Origin: Octopus bimaculoides
Taxonomy: Eukaryota
Assembly (NCBI RefSeq): GCF_001194135.2
Contig: NC_068981.1
Location: forward strand, 37,166,269 to 37,230,239
Direction of reading: 5' to 3'
DNA: 63,971 nt
Shown: piece after piece, positions 12,561-26,734 of the stretch
Layout: every line of letters begins with the position of its first letter
How positions within the stretch are numbered: the stretch's first letter is position 1
Notes under the pieces: model-generated
What the model was told of the DNA's origin: nothing
Seen by the model: the letters and a program-made list of their open reading frames with translations, nothing else
Databases searched by the model: none
Program-made: the position numbers and the translations under genes

Positions 12561-13017
12561 TGTTTTTTTCAAATCTTGCAGACTGTGCATTGAAGGATAT
12601 TTGGCTGTTATTTCTAGCAGGTTGATAAACATATAAAGACTTTCTGGAAGAAATAAAGACGCATAGAATCTAGATAGGCAATTAAATATCAGGTAGATTT
12701 ACATAGTAGAAGTAGTTTCTACAACCTCCATACAATTAATCAATGTGTGTCAAAGTGTGCAATGTAATTCTCTGCTAGACAGAAGAATCGTATATAGGAA
12801 AATAGATATATGGTAGCACTTAGCAACTAAGCCAACTATCTGTGTGCCATAGGTTAACAACAACCTTCATAAAACAAAAGATTTCTAATAAAGATACTGG
12901 CATTAACAAAGGACAGTTTTCTTGATTGAGTTTTCACTATTAAATCTCTGAAGATATCACTGTAATTTAATCCTCTAAACATGATGCAGAAATTTATAAG
13001 AAATAAAGAATTTTGAC

Positions 13018-13050
13018 ATACATACATACATACATACATACATACATACA

Positions 13051-13084
<34 letters not shown>

Positions 13085-13090
13085 CATGTA
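13018..13090. repeat. (CATA)n microsatellite
   Basis: Direct inspection. Confidence 0.97.
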
Positions 13091-14164
13091 TGTATGATAT
13101 AACAAAGCAAGAAATAAATTACTTAATAACATGCTAATTTATATGTAGATATTATTATGTCATCAGCACCAAGTGAGATGGTGCATTGAATGTTCTAATT
13201 TTATTTGCTTCCACTAAAACTGAATAACTCTCATAGTGAAAACTTGCTGAGAAATCTAATTGAACTTAATGTCAAGTATTAAGAAAGTGACATTGGTGGC
13301 ATGATCTAGGATCCATAAGTTTATTTCATGCAAGTGCCAAGGGGATTTAAGATGCTGAATCAATTCATTGGTGTGTAGGTATGCATGCAGAAATGATTCC
13401 AGCTAAAGTGCCGATATTCACATTAGGTCATGCAAAGAGACATCTCAGAGATTATAAATTTGAATTCCTCCTAACAGGAATAGGATTTTACCGAGGAAAT
13501 ATTTACACTTATTCTGATTACAAATAAAGGAGGATGGGGTTGGAGCATAAAACCTTTAAGCATGCTGTTAGTATGCTGCTGATAGGCAGAGCTTTAATTG
13601 GTAATCTGTCAGAATTAGATTAATTTAATTATAAATTGCAGCTGCTGACCCTCCTCATAGCAAAAAAAAAAAAAAAAAAAGTCATGGTCAGTTAATTTAT
13701 GATATATAAAATTAATGAGTCTAATTAAGACAAAGTTGTAAGGAACAATAATAAAGCACATTTATCATTCTGATGTTGATTTGTTATCGAAACACAAGCT
13801 CAAGGATTTATAGTAGAAAGGGAATTAACAAAACGACAAGTTATATCTTCATCAAGGGCATAGTGAGCAAATGAAAGGAGATAGTTACAATCAAGAAGTG
13901 AAACTAGATCACAGATTTTTATTGTTGGAAACTTACTTCTTTTCTCACTATCTTAATTTTACATCGATGAAAGGTGGCCATTTGTATTATGCAATCAGGA
14001 AATTGTAATGGCATTTGTAGCTATCAAGATTTCATGAGAAATCAGTGTCCTATACCTTGAACAAAAATGTTCTGTTATTCTTTTAATATTGGTTTCAAAT
14101 TTTGGCACATGGCCAGCAATTTTAGGGGAGGGGTTAGTCAATTAAATCAATCCCACTGTTCAAC

Positions 14165-14265
14165 AGCTTTCGTTGAAGACACTTGCCCAAGTGCCACAGT
14201 CATTGTAGGACGGAACTTGAAATCACGTGGCTGAGAAGCAAACTTCTTACCACATAGCCACCTGA
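14165..14265 (-). mobile_element. SINE family B head (tRNA-like plus CORE-like GGCACTTGGGCAAGTGTCTT)
   Basis: Reverse complement matches the head of the full copy at 33633-34021. Confidence 0.7.
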
Positions 14266-14502
14266 ATATACTATATATATTTTCTTTGAAAGGGTTGGGG
14301 TGTGTGTAAATGTCTTTATGAAAAGCATGTTGTTATTGTCGTTGTTATTGTTGTTGTTGTTGTTGTTATTATTATTATCATTATACTGTGATTTTATTTT
14401 CATTTTGTGCTGCCAAAAACAGCTCTGTGCACTTTATCTTTTGTTTCTATTGTACTGAAATGCTCTGCACAATGTGTCCCTTACTACTATTTCTTCTACT
14501 GC

Positions 14503-14519
14503 TCTTGCTGCTGCTGCTG

Positions 14520-14578
<59 letters not shown>

Positions 14579-14580
14579 GT
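14503..14580. repeat. (TGC)n(TAC)n trinucleotide tract
   Basis: Direct inspection. Confidence 0.98.
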
Positions 14581-14619
14581 TTTATTTCTGTTATGTGAAT
14601 TCATCGTACAACCAAAGCG

Positions 14620-16240
14620 GTTGTGTGAATACATGCAATGTTTTGTATGCAGATGACTTCAAGTTGTATGTTGCAGATATTAAACAACTGTAAACATTGC
14701 TACAGAAAGTATACAGTTTACTAGAGGACTGGGGTTAGAAAAATGCACAAAGGCTGAGGAAAATTAATTAAGAACACTAATGTCATGTTAGATAAAGAAA
14801 GAGAGATTAAAGAATTAGATCAAAGGCAGACTTACAAATACTTAGGAATTAATGCACTAGACAGAGTACAAACCACAGTTATGAAAGAAAAGGTTAGGAA
14901 GGAATATTACAAATACATTAGATTACTACTTAAAGCTATGCTAAATGCAAAAAATAAGTTAATAGGCATTGATACTTTAGCTGTCAGTGTAATAAGTGAT
15001 AGTTATAACATTCTGTAGTAGAATGTAAGACAATTACCAAGATTAGGCAGGAAAATTATGTACGTGTGTGAATGCATGCATGTATGTGTGTGTGTGTCTC
15101 TGTATTTTATGACTACATTCAAAATGTATTACCCAAAATATGGCTCAGAAAGATTATATTTACCATATATACATTAGAGTTAGGGGTCTTCTGCAATTAT
15201 CAAACTATTGTAAACGATCTACAGTGGAACTACAAATGTATTTAGTAATAAATGAAGTGAAACTAAAGCAAATAGCTATATGGCAGTAACAAAACAAATT
15301 ATCTATTTCTGTGTTCTTAAAGAAGCCAAAACATACAACAGGTGCTGAAATAACAGACAAATGTAAAGAGATTGGTGAAATAACTGCAGAAACTAAGAAA
15401 AACTAAAATATAAACTGAAAATGGTAATACAAACTTGCATGTTAAGATGTTGGTAAGAAAAGCTCCTACACAACCAATATCGGAGAAGACTGAAAAAATA
15501 TGAATAGATAAAAAAAAAAAAATAGTGAGTGGCTGAAGAATACATGCTTTAAAGCTAAGAGCAAAAGATTTTTACAACCAACATTAGAGTAAAGTCTTTC
15601 AATAGAAACCGACAAAACAATATAATAAAGCAGAATATGCATCATGTACTTTACTTTTACCCAGCATAAGTGAAAGAGAACATTTACAGGCAGGAAAAAA
15701 CTGGAAATGTCATATACTAAGAATACCAGCTTTAATGAAATATGACAGAAAAGAGATAGTAAAAACATAGAGCTGAAAAGTCTCAGAGAAAGGGAAAGCA
15801 ACCTTATTTTGAGACAATAAAATTCACACAGACCAGATTATTATTCTCAAAAATAACCAGTCAAAGAAATGTTTTTTAACTGATGTATCAATTCTAACAG
15901 AGAATGATATATCTCAAAAGGAAATAGAAATATTATCAAAATAAGGATCTGGAAATAGTAATGTTAATGAGAAAGTGGAATAGAAAATAGAAGAACTCCT
16001 GCAATAATATCTTCTTTGGGATAGTTAAAAATACGTAGACAAAGGCATAATCCGACCTCAAAGACTTAATTATGTGCACAACATTAGGAAAATTGTACTA
16101 CAATAAACTATCTTACTAAAAGTGCTTTCAATATAATATCAAATTGCACACACGCACAAAGCACTGCATGTACTCAAAACACACAAATCTGTGCTTGGTT
16201 ATGTAGTGACAGTGTAAAATAAACATAGAAACTTATGAAC
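14620..16240 (+). mobile_element. 5'-truncated, decayed R4/Dong-clade non-LTR retrotransposon (RT end, thumb, RLE endonuclease)
   Basis: LYADDFKLY (YADD 14646-14657); IKELDQRQTYKYLGINALDRVQTTVMKEKVRKEYYKYIRLLLKAMLNAKNKLIGIDTLAVSVISDSYNIL; RPD at about 15830 followed by KCFLTDVSILTENDISQKEIEILSK*KDLEI (PD..D...K RLE motif); terminal IRKIVLQ...LLKVLSI*. Ends in (TAA)n. Confidence 0.88.
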
Positions 16241-16283
16241 AATAATAATAATGATAATAATAATAATGATAATAGTAATGATG

Positions 16284-16352
<69 letters not shown>
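16241..16352. repeat. (TAA)n tract at the 3' end of the R4/Dong element
   Basis: Direct inspection. Confidence 0.98.
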
Positions 16353-19300
16353 GATTAATAAATAAATAAATTATTAAAAATCTATAAAATCTGATAAGTC
16401 TGTCTGCAGAGAGACAATGGACAAGTAGTAGAAACTTAGTATTGTGACTCCTGAGTGTTTTGTAAGCTTGTAATGCTCAGATCTTTCCATAGACTGCTTA
16501 AAAGATTATGGATACCATCAGTAGTAATATTATCCAAGAAATAACTAATAATTCTAGTAAAACATGCGAGATCAATCAATAAAACTGTGGTGCATAATGG
16601 GATAAAATTTAGAGTTTGCGTAACTGCATGACATAACAGCCACAGCAATGTCTAGTGATGCTATTGTATGCCAAATTGTAATCTACTTTAAACATATCTC
16701 AATATACAAGTTGTATCATTTGCCTCAATGAAAAACAATAGTATAGAGTTCTCTGATAGAAATCCAAACATGAATGAATGTATATTACCTGCTAAACACT
16801 AAAGACAAGGTCAATCTGTTTTTCTCTTAACTAAACTATTAATTTTATGTAGGAAAGTTTGCAAGGAAGAGTGAAGTGTCTAACATTTCAGACCTTTGCT
16901 CTTTGTTAAAGTGAAGACAAGAGAGTAAGAGGTATTGTCATTTTAGGACCTCAGATTGTACATTTTAAAGTCTAATGGCTAATTCATTAACTCTGATCTT
17001 GATCCACCCTGCTTTAGTCTGCTGAACCTAGTCTTCATTTAATGCACGTGTGTCTTCCTTCAAATTCTCTTCCTTTTGTCTTTCTATTCACTTTATTTTT
17101 ATTTACTTATTATTTTTCTTTATATATTTCTATTATTTATTTTTCTATATTCCGTTTATCACTCCTTCCATTTTCTTTCTCTATTTTCTTGAATACACAT
17201 TCTAGTAACACTGAATTAACTATAAGAGCACCTTCTGAGGAGGAACATGGCTCTTAGAAATGCAAATAAAAACAAGTCACATAGGAGTATTTATCAGTTC
17301 AAATCACAATCAATCACCCTATAGTAGATAGATTATGAGTCAAATTCTCGAGTTATGATAAAAAAAAAACATTGACTATCTTCTCCATCTTCTGGAAAAG
17401 GTAAATCTAACATACAGCACAATTTACCACCACTACATGGTTCTTCTGTATATTTAACTATGTTCATTCCACCTGGATCAAATTCTCAATTCTTGTCCAT
17501 CTGTTTTCTTTTCCTCACATTGTGCTACAGATGACCAGTCACATTAATCTCACTGAAAAGTAGAGCCTATGAAAAATCAATGCCTCTTCATTTCTTTTCT
17601 TCATTAACTTATAAAATAAAATATTCACCACCTATTGATTTACAAATATATCTATATATAGATTTATATAAATTCTACACAAATAACACTATATGCATTG
17701 CTCCAACATTTCTTTGCATTATTGAATTAAGCATTTAACTCAATAGTATTAAAAAGTATTACACAAGAAGACTAAAGAAAAATACTCTTTGCGGTATGCT
17801 ACTGGTATTTAATGTATTTTACTATATTAATTAGTCACAAGCAAAGGAAATGAATTATCTTGATATATACCAATGTGTAGATGAACATATTTATACAATA
17901 CTTCTTTCTCTGTGCAACTGGTCTACATTTTGTGTAACCCATAGCCCTCACATCATTATGAGAGGTGTTTTAGTATAGCTTCAATAAATTAACATTCTAA
18001 AATCAGTTTGAAAATAATTAAAAAAACAAAAAACAAAAGAGTAATTTTCTTTCTTGTTTCACTTAGTTAATTATTGCTAAAATTTTGAACTTCCTATCTT
18101 CAGTAGATTCTAAGATACTAGATTAAACATGCAATCATTCAATTAAGCAAACAAATGTGGCTAATTAGTGAGATGACAAAACTGTTTGGTGGCTGCATAT
18201 TTTAAAAGAAGGAAATGATGATAATGGTGCACAATGAACCAGTAAGGGAATTTTTACATAGTCATTCACTCTATCCAATGTGGACATGAAATGTCTCATA
18301 ACAATCACTCAGATGGGATAGAATTAGCTAGAAATATTAACCAAGTAATTCTTTGATTGGCAGATTCTATTAAATTAACCTGGTTAGGCAATGCTCATAT
18401 TACTAGCTGAAGGACAAACTTAATTTTGTAATTATAAGAGTATATTTTCCCCAGTAAAGGAACTGTGCACTTGTGTGTCAATTTGTGCTGGCATATAAGT
18501 GTCAGTGATTGTGTTCAGAAAGTACTTCAAGTTTTATATTTTTTAATTTTAAGCAATGGTTGATGTATTGTTGATACTTGAGTAATTTTCTATTTCAAGT
18601 GAACATTTTTAACTAACCTAACAGTTGGTTGTTCTGTAAACAAACTGAAAAAGTTTTCCCTGCACTTTTTTCCCTCTGAAACTGATGGCTTTGATAAAAT
18701 ATTAATCAACTGAACCATAAAATAGAAATTATATCTAAAAATATAAAAGAAAGTCATTTATATGTGGAACCTAGTTCAAAGCCATCATTTGTTCAGGGAC
18801 ATTGACAAATCTCTGAGCATTTTTGCCTGATCAATTCTGAAAAGGCAATAAAAAATTTTTTTACAGCTAATCATTAGAGAAGAGCTACAGGTGCCAAGCA
18901 TCTAATGGACAGGAGAGGAGCTATTCAGTATGCTGATTAAAGTTTTCTAATATGTTGGTTTAATTCATTGACTAATTTAATATGCTGACTAAAATTGTTA
19001 ATTTTTCATCAAGAAAGACAGCGGATATTCATATTATTTAGCTGCAGAGTTAAAGGTGGCTGTCTTTTGTAGCTGTTGTTGTTACTGTTGAATAAGTAGC
19101 AGTCAATTCTGCTGATGTAAATATTTAGCAAAGAAAATGTCTAAATTTTACGATGCAATCTTTGCAATGCTTCAGACTAGTAAGTCATGTAGAGTTTAGA
19201 AAGCTATAATTAACACGTTGCTAATTTGCTTATTGTAAATGTTTAAGAATGACTCTAGTGAGTCGAGCCTGGAAAATCTCTATGCCATAGAAGGGTCATC

Positions 19301-21439
19301 ATACCTTACATGCATTCATTAACCTGCTGGCTATATTTCATATGCTTTCTATTGTTTGGACTTCACCAGGAAATATATGACTTCTTTAAGGAAAATCTTA
19401 TTTGCTTCTATCTCCTGAGGAGAATGACAGGTCCCCTTTCACCATATGGTTGAATGATAAATTTAGTTAGAAACTTATACTTGAATAGTTTAAGTAACTA
19501 CTTGTATGTACAAAACTACACAACCCTAGGTCAGACTCTCATTCTCTCTCTTTGTCTCTTTTTCTCCTCCTCCCCTCTCTCTCTCTTTATGTCTCTTATC
19601 TATGTCTTCTCAGGACTCAGTGAGATTTCAATCCAACATTACAAGCTAATGAAGTAATCATCAGTTATAATGTGCTTTCATGATGCTGTTCTATCTTTCA
19701 CATGATACCTAATTGCAGTTAGTGGGATTGAAGTGCTTTTATCAAGGGTATATTGCACTGTAGTCGATAGAATTCAGACAGTTGACTCAGGCAAATACTG
19801 GGATATTTTTCAGTCAGTCTGAAGCAGTTATCATCCACAATATCTAGTGTTTCCAAGAAATATTCTATGAAACCCAATTTGTTAAGATTAATATAACTAT
19901 ATCGACAGAAATGGACAAAAAGGAGGGATGAGAAGAAGTGAGGAAAGAAGAGAGAGAAAGAGAGAAGGTCTGAAGAAGAAATACAAGAAGAAGAGCTTGA
20001 GTGACTGAAAGAGAATATGCATTCTGATCATAAAAGATATTAAGGCTTTTGAAAATGATTAACAATTAAGATAAATTTTGATTCCATAGATAAATGTTTC
20101 ATTAAGTCATTCTCAATGTTAGCACCCTGCTAGAGTCACATTAACCTTATGTTTAATTCAAGACTAGCTTAACGATTGTTTTCCAGGCAGTATGGCATCT
20201 GAGTTATTCTCTGGGAATGCATAGAATTACTTTGTTTTTATGTATTTTTACTTATTTTTAATACAAAGTTGGTGTGCATTGTAAGAGACTTGGGCCCTAT
20301 TCCCACTATTCATGCAGGATACTCTCTTGATCAGTGTAGAAACTTTTTTGATCAATGTTCAAGTTTTTTATTTTGGTGAAGATGTCACCTCTTTAGTTCC
20401 TGTTGGTCATGTCAGTCTCTTATTGTAATTTTGTAATCTGTCCATAACAGAGAGTAGCCAATAAAGTAGTTTTATTGTTGTTTACAAATCCCTATTTTTT
20501 TGTACACTTTACATATTTATGGTATTCTCATTGTCATTCTGTCAGGTAGTAAAACATAGCAATGGGCATTGTACTACCATTTCTGCTGAGTAAATCTCAC
20601 AAACTAAGACTTAAGTGAGAACCTATGGTGCAGAATCAGCTTCTAAAATGTATGACGATAATGTGATCAACTAAAGTGAGTATACATTCAAGGGATTTAA
20701 GTTCTAACTTATGTGATTCCCATTTTTAAAATAATCTAGATATGTTATAAGGAACTGTAAGATGCTATACAGAGCAGGTCCAGCACCCATGTTGAAACTA
20801 TCCCATTGAGCACTATATTGGGTCATTAAGTAGTATTCAAAATAACTTGATTAATTTAATTCCATTGACAAAATTAAGCAGACAATGTCAGAGAAGAAAA
20901 TACATTAGTAAACATCATAGAACCAACGTTTTAAAGCAGGAAAAAATAAGCAAGGCAAATTAAAATTTAACCTCCAGACATCTTATCACAAGTGTCTATA
21001 ATCACTTTCAACCTTTTGGTCAAGAGATTTGAATTAGATTTCAGCCAACACACTATGTTATTTATATTACACATAAGTTAGATTTGTAAACAGTTTTATG
21101 GAATTATAGTATTAAATGAAATACTAATAGTTAACAGCCTTGAGATATTTTAATGTTTTATAATGTTTTCAATGATTCCAGCTGGCACATTGTTGCCATT
21201 GTTGACATTTCAGTATTTTAACCAGAAATTGCAACAAACTCTATAACAAAGGATTTTATTTATTTTCATTTTATATCACATTTGGTAAACAATATTGTCA
21301 TTGGTTACAAAAGTCTCCAACAGGTCAATCACCAGTTCACTGCATTGTCTGTGAAACTATGGTAAAACAAATAGCACACAGGGTATTTTAATTCAAAAGC
21401 AATAGATTTGTGGGGTTTCCCACTGATGTTTACATTCTT

Positions 21440-21443
21440 TGTC

Positions 21444-21512
<69 letters not shown>

Positions 21513-21688
21513 CACATTCATATACATACATTCACACACTCATATATATATACATACATACATACATACATACATAAACACATATTGGCAACAGATAAAT
21601 GCACACACACACACCTATTTATCTATCTATGTATCTGTATATATATAGGGAGAGAGAGAGGGGGAGAGAGAGAGAGGGAGAGGGAGAT

Positions 21689-21772
<84 letters not shown>
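21440..21772. repeat. (TA)n, (CATA)n and long (GA)n microsatellite cluster
   Basis: Direct inspection. Confidence 0.98.
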
Positions 21773-21775
<3 letters not shown>

Positions 21776-21950
21776 GTGGTGGTGTGTGTGTATGGGGGGA
21801 GGAGATTTCACAGTCAAACATTTATTTGGCAAATTACTTGATCTGAAAACTGTTGAAAATAAAACAATTTCCATTGCAGAGAAGTCATTGTAGCCATTTT
21901 AGAACACACAAAAAGATATAATCCCCTTTTGTTTATTTTTTGAGTTGGTG

Positions 21951-22235
21951 GAGGCCTGTGACTTAGTGGTTAGAATATTTGGCTCCTGACTGTAAAGGCG
22001 AGAGTTCAATTCCTGGTGGCTCATTGTACCCTTGAGCAATACATTTTTATTTCACATTGCTCCAGTTCACTCAACTGGTAAAAATGAGTTATACCTGTAA
22101 TTCAAAAGACACTGAATCTGTTAAGAGTATGCATGTCTGTAGAGCACTCTGCCACTTGCATGATAACTTCACCAGTAAGCTGTTCTGTTAATCAGATCAA
22201 CTGAAACACTTGTTATTGTAGCCAACAGAGTGCCA
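21951..22235 (+). mobile_element. tRNA-derived CORE-type SINE (family C)
   Basis: A-box-like TAGTGGTTAG and B-box GAGTTCAATTCC, followed by CORE-like CCCTTGAGCAA...TTGCTCCAGTTCACTCAACTGG...AAATGAGT. Confidence 0.7.
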
Positions 22236-22985
22236 TTTATTTCTTGAGTTGTCTAAATTTTTAACATACTTTTTGAATCCTGGCTACTGACATATTTTTC
22301 CACTGCAATTCCACTGCAATTAAATTATATTAATTATGTTAATGACCCGGATGTAGAAGTGCAACACAAATTTTGGTACTTAAAGAAATACATGGAAAAT
22401 GAATATAACAGTTTTACTCTATATAACAGGTTTCCACACAGTTTCCAAAGCAATGGTGAAAGAGACTGACACAAAGAACTGAAAACATGTGTTTACATAT
22501 ACATGGTTTAACTTACAAATGTAACCACAACTAATTTCTGCCTTATATTTTAGTATTAAAGGGAATAGGTTAATTAATTACTCCTTGTTCTGTCAAATCT
22601 GAACGAATATGAAACTAATTTGATACTGGGAGAAATTGGATATGAAATAGATCAATATTCAAGAGTTCATATGAACTATACAACTGTTTCTGAGCCATCA
22701 CTCTGGCTTTAAATCTAGTTTAAATCATTTAACCTCAGGTCAAGTCAGATTGGGAAAATATGCGATCAAGCATGTAGTTCCAGCCTTAGACATCTCATCT
22801 TTTTTGTTTTTCAGAGACTAAGTTGTTCAATGTTTTTATGTTTATAAGATAAAGTTGAAATGCTATTTGAGGTAGATTTGGCTGATATATTTAAGTCATT
22901 AATCAACAGCATTGATCCATCCCTGATTGGCTCTCTTGCTTAGCTAGATTGGTTTCTTTCTATTTCTTCTAATTTATTAAAGATA

Positions 22986-24211
22986 TCAGGTTGAGTAAAA
23001 AGTAAGCAACGTTTTGAATCATGAAGAATTTGTACCGGATTTTTGAAGAATTTTGAATGTTTTAAAACATTTTTTTTTTGCAATTGTCTGATAATACATT
23101 GATATTTTTTCTCTGTTACAATAATCTGAAATGGAACTGTGAAAGTGCAATATGCGAGAAATTTTGCTATTCAACTTCAAAAAAATGACGTAAAGCAGCT
23201 GAAACTGCTCGCAATATGAACAAAACATTTGGTGAGGAAATTTGTTGAGCCAGCTCAAAAATAGTTTAAATGATTTTGCAGTGGAGACCTGAACCTTGAA
23301 GATCGTGAGCATAGTGGAAGCCCATCTGTCATCAATGACGGTCAATTAAAGACCGTCATTGAGAAGGATCCATGTAAAACCACTTGAGAACTGGCAAAAG
23401 AACTAAAAAGTTATCCAGAAAATTGCCTGCAACCATTTGCAGGAAATCAAAAAAGCTTGACAAATGGGTAGCACACGATTTGAATGAAAATCAGAAAATG
23501 CACAGATATGAAATTTGCTCATCACTTCTCCATAACTAGACCAATCCATTTCTCAACTGCATTGAAACTTGTGACGAAAAGTGGATTCTGTACAATAATA
23601 AATAACGTTCTTTGCAGTGGTTGGACCAAAATGATGCACCGAAAACCTTCCTTAAATCTGAGCTCTTCAAAAAGAAGGTTATGGTGACTGTTTGATGGTG
23701 TATTGCTAAATTCATCCACTATAACTTCTTTAAACCTGGAAAAACCATTACTGCAGAAACATATCGCCATGAAATTACCAAGATGTAAGAAGAACTACTA
23801 CTCCTCCATCCCAGATTGGTCAACAGAAGACTAGTCATTCTTCATGACAATACTTGACCACACATTTCCCTAATGCCACTCCAGAAGCTGAAGGAACTTG
23901 GCTACGAAGTTCTTCTTTGCCCAGCTTATTCCTCAGACCTTTCTCCTACTGACTACCACTTTTTCAAGCACCTTAATGGTTTCCTGCGAGAGAAGGAGTT
24001 CAAAAATCAATGCTGAAAGTGTGTTCAAAGAGTTCATCATCTCCATAACTCCAGACATTTAAGTTACTGGGATAAACAAATTTGTAACTCACTGGCAAAA
24101 ATGTGTTGATTATAATGATACTTACTTTGATGAATAAAATTTCTGCGTTGTTGAAGTATATTTTGATGAATTTCATGTTTCAAAATGTTGCTTACTTTTA
24201 ACTCAGCCTGA
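22986..24211 (+). mobile_element. Full-length but dead mariner (DD34D, Hsmar1/cecropia-like)
   Basis: TIRs TCAGGTTGAGTAAAAAGTAAGCAACGTTTTGAA and (reverse complement) TCAGGCTGAGTTAAAAGTAAGCAACATTTTGAA, with TA TSDs at 22984-5 and 24212-3. Transposase about 23131-24137: KAAETARN, LEDREHSGSP, TCDEKWILYNN, LHDN, YSSDLSPTDYHFFKHL, HWQKCVD; multiple stops and frameshifts. Confidence 0.95.
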
Positions 24212-24884
24212 TATTATATAAACTTTGCCGTAGTACTATAGTATGATAGCATAAATATTTTGTGTACTTTTGATATTTTAAATCCAGTATTTTAGGTTAG
24301 TTGTATTTCATTAGTGTGTTCCAGCCAACTCCTTTATCTGTATTCTGATGGTGCATCACTTGAACTTTATACTTAAGGTAATATTTAGTTGCTCTATTAG
24401 GAAATCAACTGGATTTTTTGGAAAATCTTTTGCTTATTTATCTACATAAAAACTGAAATTATCTCCAAGAATCTGAATTATCATAAGAATACAAGGGATC
24501 TATAGTTCTTATCTACATTATATTAATTCGTTGTATTGAAATGATAGCCTATATTTCAGCTAGAAACTTGCTCCTAGAAGAATCATAACTGAGTTAAGCC
24601 ATAGGTAATTTTTACTTTTGTTGATGTTATTACAAACAGTATTAGTCTCACTTTATCAGTGAAGTATTTTGTAGCAATCTTTACATCCACCACATTTCAT
24701 GTTTACTTTTGCCCTGAATATATCATGTATAAACCATCATTTTGCCTTTTTTCTTTCAATTTGAACTTGAGACATAATCAGCATAAATGCATGCTTATCA
24801 TTTATTGTAATTCAACAGATTATCATCATCATTATTTACTATGCATGCAGGAATTGAACAAAAATTGCTGAGGAAGATTGCCTA

Positions 24885-25085
24885 CTGTGAGAAACCTTTC
24901 CTGTCACCAACCCTTATCTGTTTCCAAGCAGAGTAATATTTCTTCATGGCTGAGCATGTTCTGATGGAAGTTTGAAAATGAAGGCTATCACTTGTATGAC
25001 AGTGACAATCATTTACGACTATCATACATACAAGGTCAAGACAAGAGCAGGCACACACACATATGCCTATGCAGACACACACACA
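24885..25085 (-). mobile_element. SINE/LINE-related 3' fragment with (CA)n
   Basis: Resembles abundant cephalopod SINE bodies (recalled); no independent full copy in the window. Confidence 0.4.
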
Positions 25086-26387
25086 CATGAAATTTTCAAT
25101 GATAAAATAAATATTAAATTAAATTAGTCACTTTGCAAGCTTAGATGCAAGAGACAAAAAAATGTACATAGAACTATCCAAGGAAATTGAACCCCACATT
25201 GTTATAATCCAGACAGCCATGCTAACCGTGTTGAAGCTGACTTCACTTTTGTTTTTCATGCAGACTGCATTTCTAAGTAATTTATTCTCTAATCTATTCT
25301 ATTTTCCTTCCTTAACCAATATACAATGAATTAGCTGACACATCTTTTCCAGAAAAAAAAACAAAAACCGAAGCATGTTCTACCTATTTTGACATATGAG
25401 ATTATTATGACTGACTTGTTTGGCCCATATTAACAGAGATAATCTATTTTTCTAAGTCTGCCATAAATAGCACAAATACCAAAATAGGTATTATTTTACA
25501 CAGGTGTAAAATGGTAATCAATTATATCATGAATTAATAAGAATTTCTATGATTCCTTTGATATTACAATAAATGCCCATGACTCAGTTGAAACCAGTTA
25601 CCTAGTTGGTTCATATAATCTACTCAAAATGAAGTGGCCTTTATTGTGAGGATGGACTTATAACTTCACTGCAGCCAACATTTGCCCTCTAGAATCTAAT
25701 TGTTTGGCAATTGATATAGCGTATCAATATATAGTTAACTGCCATCAACAATTCTAAAACTAAATCTGGTAGGACTACAAGCTCCTGTAAGTTAAGTTTT
25801 TATTCTCTCATGCATAGCTCTAGAAATTCAGACAGAAGTAGCTAAACCGCTTTGGTTTTATACATATAGTCTTTAAAATAGAATTCAATATCCTTTGAAT
25901 TCATTTGGCTACCATAATCTTTTCCTAAAATTCTATTGCTCAAATACTACTAACAAGAGCTTCCCACTTGAATTCATACAAAATTCAAGATATACACATT
26001 TTCCCTGCTGATTATCTTCTGACACTGCTAGAAACAACCATATCCCTATATGCTTGTATCTGTCTTTATGTATCAATAATATTTTAGTCAATCCATTCAT
26101 TAATTCAATATTTCTCATTCTCAGTCAATTACTATTCCCAACGTTTGTGCATCCATGAATGTTTTTTTCCACATTGGTATGCATTGCTTTGTTTTGAATT
26201 TGAATCAGTTCACATTCTATCTTCGTTTTATATTAGCTCAACATTAAGAGGAGATAAAACATTATGATCATGAGGTAACTGCTGCTTGTATTTAATATCA
26301 AACATATCTACTCTGTATAGGTCATGCATTGAGTACTTACAACCTAACTGGCCACTTTTGCTTTCACCAACAGATTTTTAATCATTA

Positions 26388-26433
<46 letters not shown>

Positions 26434-26479
26434 TGTGTTTGTGTATTTATTAGTCAATTTAATGTTGAACTGCTGATGT

Positions 26480-26715
26480 GCAGTTTTAAATGTTGGTTTC
26501 AAATTTTGGCACAAGGGCAACAAGTTTGTGTGAGTTGAAAGTCAATTACATCAACTCACAGTGCTCAATTGGTACTTATTTTATCAACCCTGAAAGGATG
26601 AAAGATAAAGTCAACTTTAGAGGAATTTGAACTCAGAATGTACAGATAAAAGAAATGCCATTTAGCATTTTGCCCAGCATGCTAACAATTCTGCCATCTC
26701 GCTGACTTCAGCTTC
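26480..26715 (-). mobile_element. SINE family A, inverted copy
   Basis: Reverse complement: ...tgggcaaaatgctaaatggcatttcttttatctgtacattctgagttcaaattcc...gataaaataagtacc...gccaaaatttgaaaccaa. Confidence 0.8.
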
Positions 26716-26734
26716 TCTACTATTAGCTTTGGTT

